Assembly (NCBI GenBank): GCA_964016885.1
Contig: OZ024760.1
Span: 34,162,001 to 34,226,000, forward strand
DNA: 64,000 bases
Origin: Eledone cirrhosa
Taxonomy: Eukaryota
Direction of reading: 5' to 3'
Below the pieces are notes generated by a model, which had not been told where the DNA came from, did no database searches, and was given only the letters and a program-made list of their open reading frames with translations. Below are positions 59,952 to 64,000 of the stretch, piece by piece (positions within the stretch are counted from its first letter, which is position 1; each line of letters opens with the position of its first letter). A program made the position numbers and the translations under genes.

Positions 59952-62205
59952 TTAACTGTATACTTTGTGAAAAGTTCTATGGAATTTATGCAGGCAGATA
60001 GAAAACAAATCTGAGCGTCTATTTATTATAGATTCTAGGTTAGAGATAATGGTAAATTTTTCATTTAGGCAGAGATTACAGATTTTAGATAGAGAGCTGT
60101 TCAAGTATGAGGATGCAGAAGAAATCTTTTTCCAAAAGATGTTATATTTAATGTTTTTGTCTTTTAAGGACCATATGAGTTCTGAGAGAGCAGTGTTAGT
60201 TCTTTTAAGTTTGTATTTGAAAGATGAATGATGATTATAGAGACGAGCTTTAAAAGAGGTGGAAGTGGAGCCAAAATAGGTGAAGGAATTGGTGCTAGTT
60301 ATAATTTTACATTCATAAATTAAGTTTTTATCGAGGCAATGGTTGTTGAGAGGACATTTATTTTTAATGCGGCAGTTGCAATTAGAGAGATTATTAATGA
60401 GTGATCTAGTGTTATCTATAGAAGGAATTGGATTGGAGAAGTTGTTTGCGATAGGAATAATAGGAATAATAGTTTCTTGATTTAGAGTTGGATTATGAAC
60501 ATTTAGCGAAGTTGTGTTTGACGTTGTATTTGGGTTTACAGAAGTTAGCCTAGGGTTTACAATGACGTCGGGAGTACTATTACTGTTATTATGAAATTCA
60601 ATATTGGAAGGAAGAGATTTAGTATTTAATATTTTGTTGTTGTGTTTAGAGATGATGTTGGAAATATTGGAGGATGTAGAATACGAAAATTTGATGGTGT
60701 GTTTGTTAAACATTTTACTATAGATATGTGAGGGAGGGAAGCATTTATTTAAGGCACTAAAAAATAATTTAGGAATATTGTTATTAATAGAGATGGAGAA
60801 AGGAGCATTATACCAGATTATGTTTTTGTATCTAGGTCTTTTATTAAAATTATTGGAATGGTCATGATTAATTATTCTACTGTAAGTTTTCCTAGAATTT
60901 GTTTCTTTATTATATTTGATTTTATCTGGATAGCCGGCTTTAGAAAGTGCGTTATTATAGTAATTGGCGTTAGCATCAAAGATGTTTTTATTAGAAGATA
61001 TGTTAGATATTCTATTTCCAATATTATTAACTATAGCATTCTTGATATTGGTAGGATGGTTAGATTTAAAGTTAACATAATTAAGATTCTCATTGTTTTT
61101 ATGGTAAGGGTAATATAGGCCAGTGTCAAGATTAAGAGATACATCCAAGAAATTAGCTAGTTTCATACTATTATCAAATTCAATTTTTAGGTTATGTTGG
61201 TTAAAGAGATTACGTATATTGTTCTTAATAATATTAAGTTTAACTATATTGCAATTTAGGATAGTAAAGAGTCCATCGTCACGATAAATTCCACCGCGAA
61301 GTTGAGGAATTTTCCGACTCAAAGAGTTCAAAATGAAGATACCAATTAAATCAGTCAATTGGGATGAATCGGATGCTCCCATTGTGATGTCGAAGGTGTT
61401 AGAGGTATCGGCTCTGGTCCAATATTCGTTGTTGAACTCTAGGATGGTTTTACGTGCGGTGAGGATGATGTGAAGTTCATCTGTGGTGATGTCAGAATAT
61501 TTAAGTGCGAAAGATAGAGCATTATTGAGAAGTGAAGGCGAAATGGAGGAATAGTAGCTGGCAATATCGAATTGAATAAATTTTAGTTTGTTTTTATTAT
61601 CCAATTTATTGAACCAGCCAATCACTTCAGAAGTACCAAACCATAAATTTAGGTTTAAAAAAGAGCAATTAGAACTAACCTGTGGGATAATCCTATCCAA
61701 GATGGCTTTACTAACAACCCCCAGATCAGATTTAGAGGGGGCGATTAATCTAACAGGTAGTTCAGTGCGAAAATTGTTTTTGTGATCCTTGAGATTTATC
61801 CTCGGAGTTCTTGGGAGGAATGGTTCGGTCTTTTTTTCAATGCCAAGTTTTGACATAATCTCATAGGCTTCAAGGTTTATGCATTCTAAATTTTCATGGT
61901 TGGTTTTACGATACTTTTTCCTAAGTTCCTTTAGAATAAGGTTGTTATAATTATCCTTGGAAATACCATATAGGTTATTGGTTTTGTCAGAGTGGACTAA
62001 AACATTTTTTGAGGAATTTAGGTTAGAGATTGTGTTCTTGAGATTTACAAGGTGCTCTTGTCCTTTGTAAGGGTATCTCTTGAATTTAAGATTTTTTATT
62101 ATTTTAGTTCCTCGAATTGTGCTAGATTTTTGTTGGAAGGAGGATTTCGTCTAGAATTAAAAAGATGATCGAGGAAGTTGTGTTCTTTGGTATGAAAGTT
62201 CCCTT
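59952..62205 (-). CDS. PLE (CxC linker) RT plus GIY-YIG, 5'-truncated at (AT)n, with a lesion near 62105
   Basis: HSDKTNNLY upstream of the tracked Met; [44 protein letters not shown]...YFGST, CNLC, CLH. Confidence 0.9.
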
Positions 62206-63584
<1,379 letters not shown>

Positions 63585-63692
63585 CATGAATGAAGTAATT
63601 CCATCGGAAAAGTCCAGGAAAAAAGAGTGCTCTATGTATGCAACAGAGCTTAATTATTATTATTATATAATAAACAACATAAGGCAATTATT

Positions 63693-63748
63693 CCATTTAC
63701 CAGTGGTTTCTTAAAAGCAAAAGGTTTTGCTTTCAATCCTCAGAACGG
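63693..63748 (-). ncRNA. Type I hammerhead ribozyme, family E, copy 2 (within repeat 63590-63757)
   Basis: CCGUU-CUGAGGA-UUGAAAGCAAAA/UUUUGCUUUUAA-GAA-ACCA(C)UGGU-A-AAUGG. Confidence 0.85.
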
Positions 63749-63907
63749 GAAAAAGCTGGTTTGTTTATTGAATTTGGATTACAAACCAAAAAATGCAATC
63801 TATATGAAAGTGAGGCTGGAGAAGGGAGAAGGAAAGGAAAAATAAAATAAAATAAAACGACGCATGCAAACACTCACACAAAAAAACGCAAAAGCATACT
63901 TACAAAC

Positions 63908-63965
<58 letters not shown>

Positions 63966-64000
63966 ACGCATACACACATACACATACACACATATATATA

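Overview
Very AT-rich, repeat-dominated animal genomic DNA. The SINE types and (AT)n/(GT)n landscape suggest an octopus or related cephalopod, which is an inference. No host gene is convincingly visible, and nearly all long ORFs in the track are stop-free translations of micro- or minisatellites. The real coding sequence is retroelement-derived. There are four large Penelope-like elements (PLEs) with RT plus a C-terminal GIY-YIG endonuclease: one Neptune-like at 13.4-17.5 kb and three with a CxC linker, tentatively Hydra-like, at 49-52, 54.8-57.3 and 59-62 kb. There is also a truncated inverted PLE at 36.9-38.1 kb, three fragments of one RTE LINE family with a PHD-type zinc finger inside the RT region, and one L1/Tx1-type ORF2 fragment. 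Many tRNA-derived SINEs are present, and one family shares its 3' tail with the RTE. The most notable signal is non-coding: about 15 type I hammerhead ribozyme (HHR)-like motifs in about 9 sequence families, folded by eye, mostly in short elements inside (AT)n. They include a 2.1-unit tandem of a structured ~490-bp ORF-less monomer with one near-canonical HHR per unit (retrozyme/circRNA-like, 41.26-42.28 kb), a second 461-bp HHR tandem, and a PLE HHR whose core reads CAGAAGA in both copies. All RNA structures are manual predictions; no searches were run.
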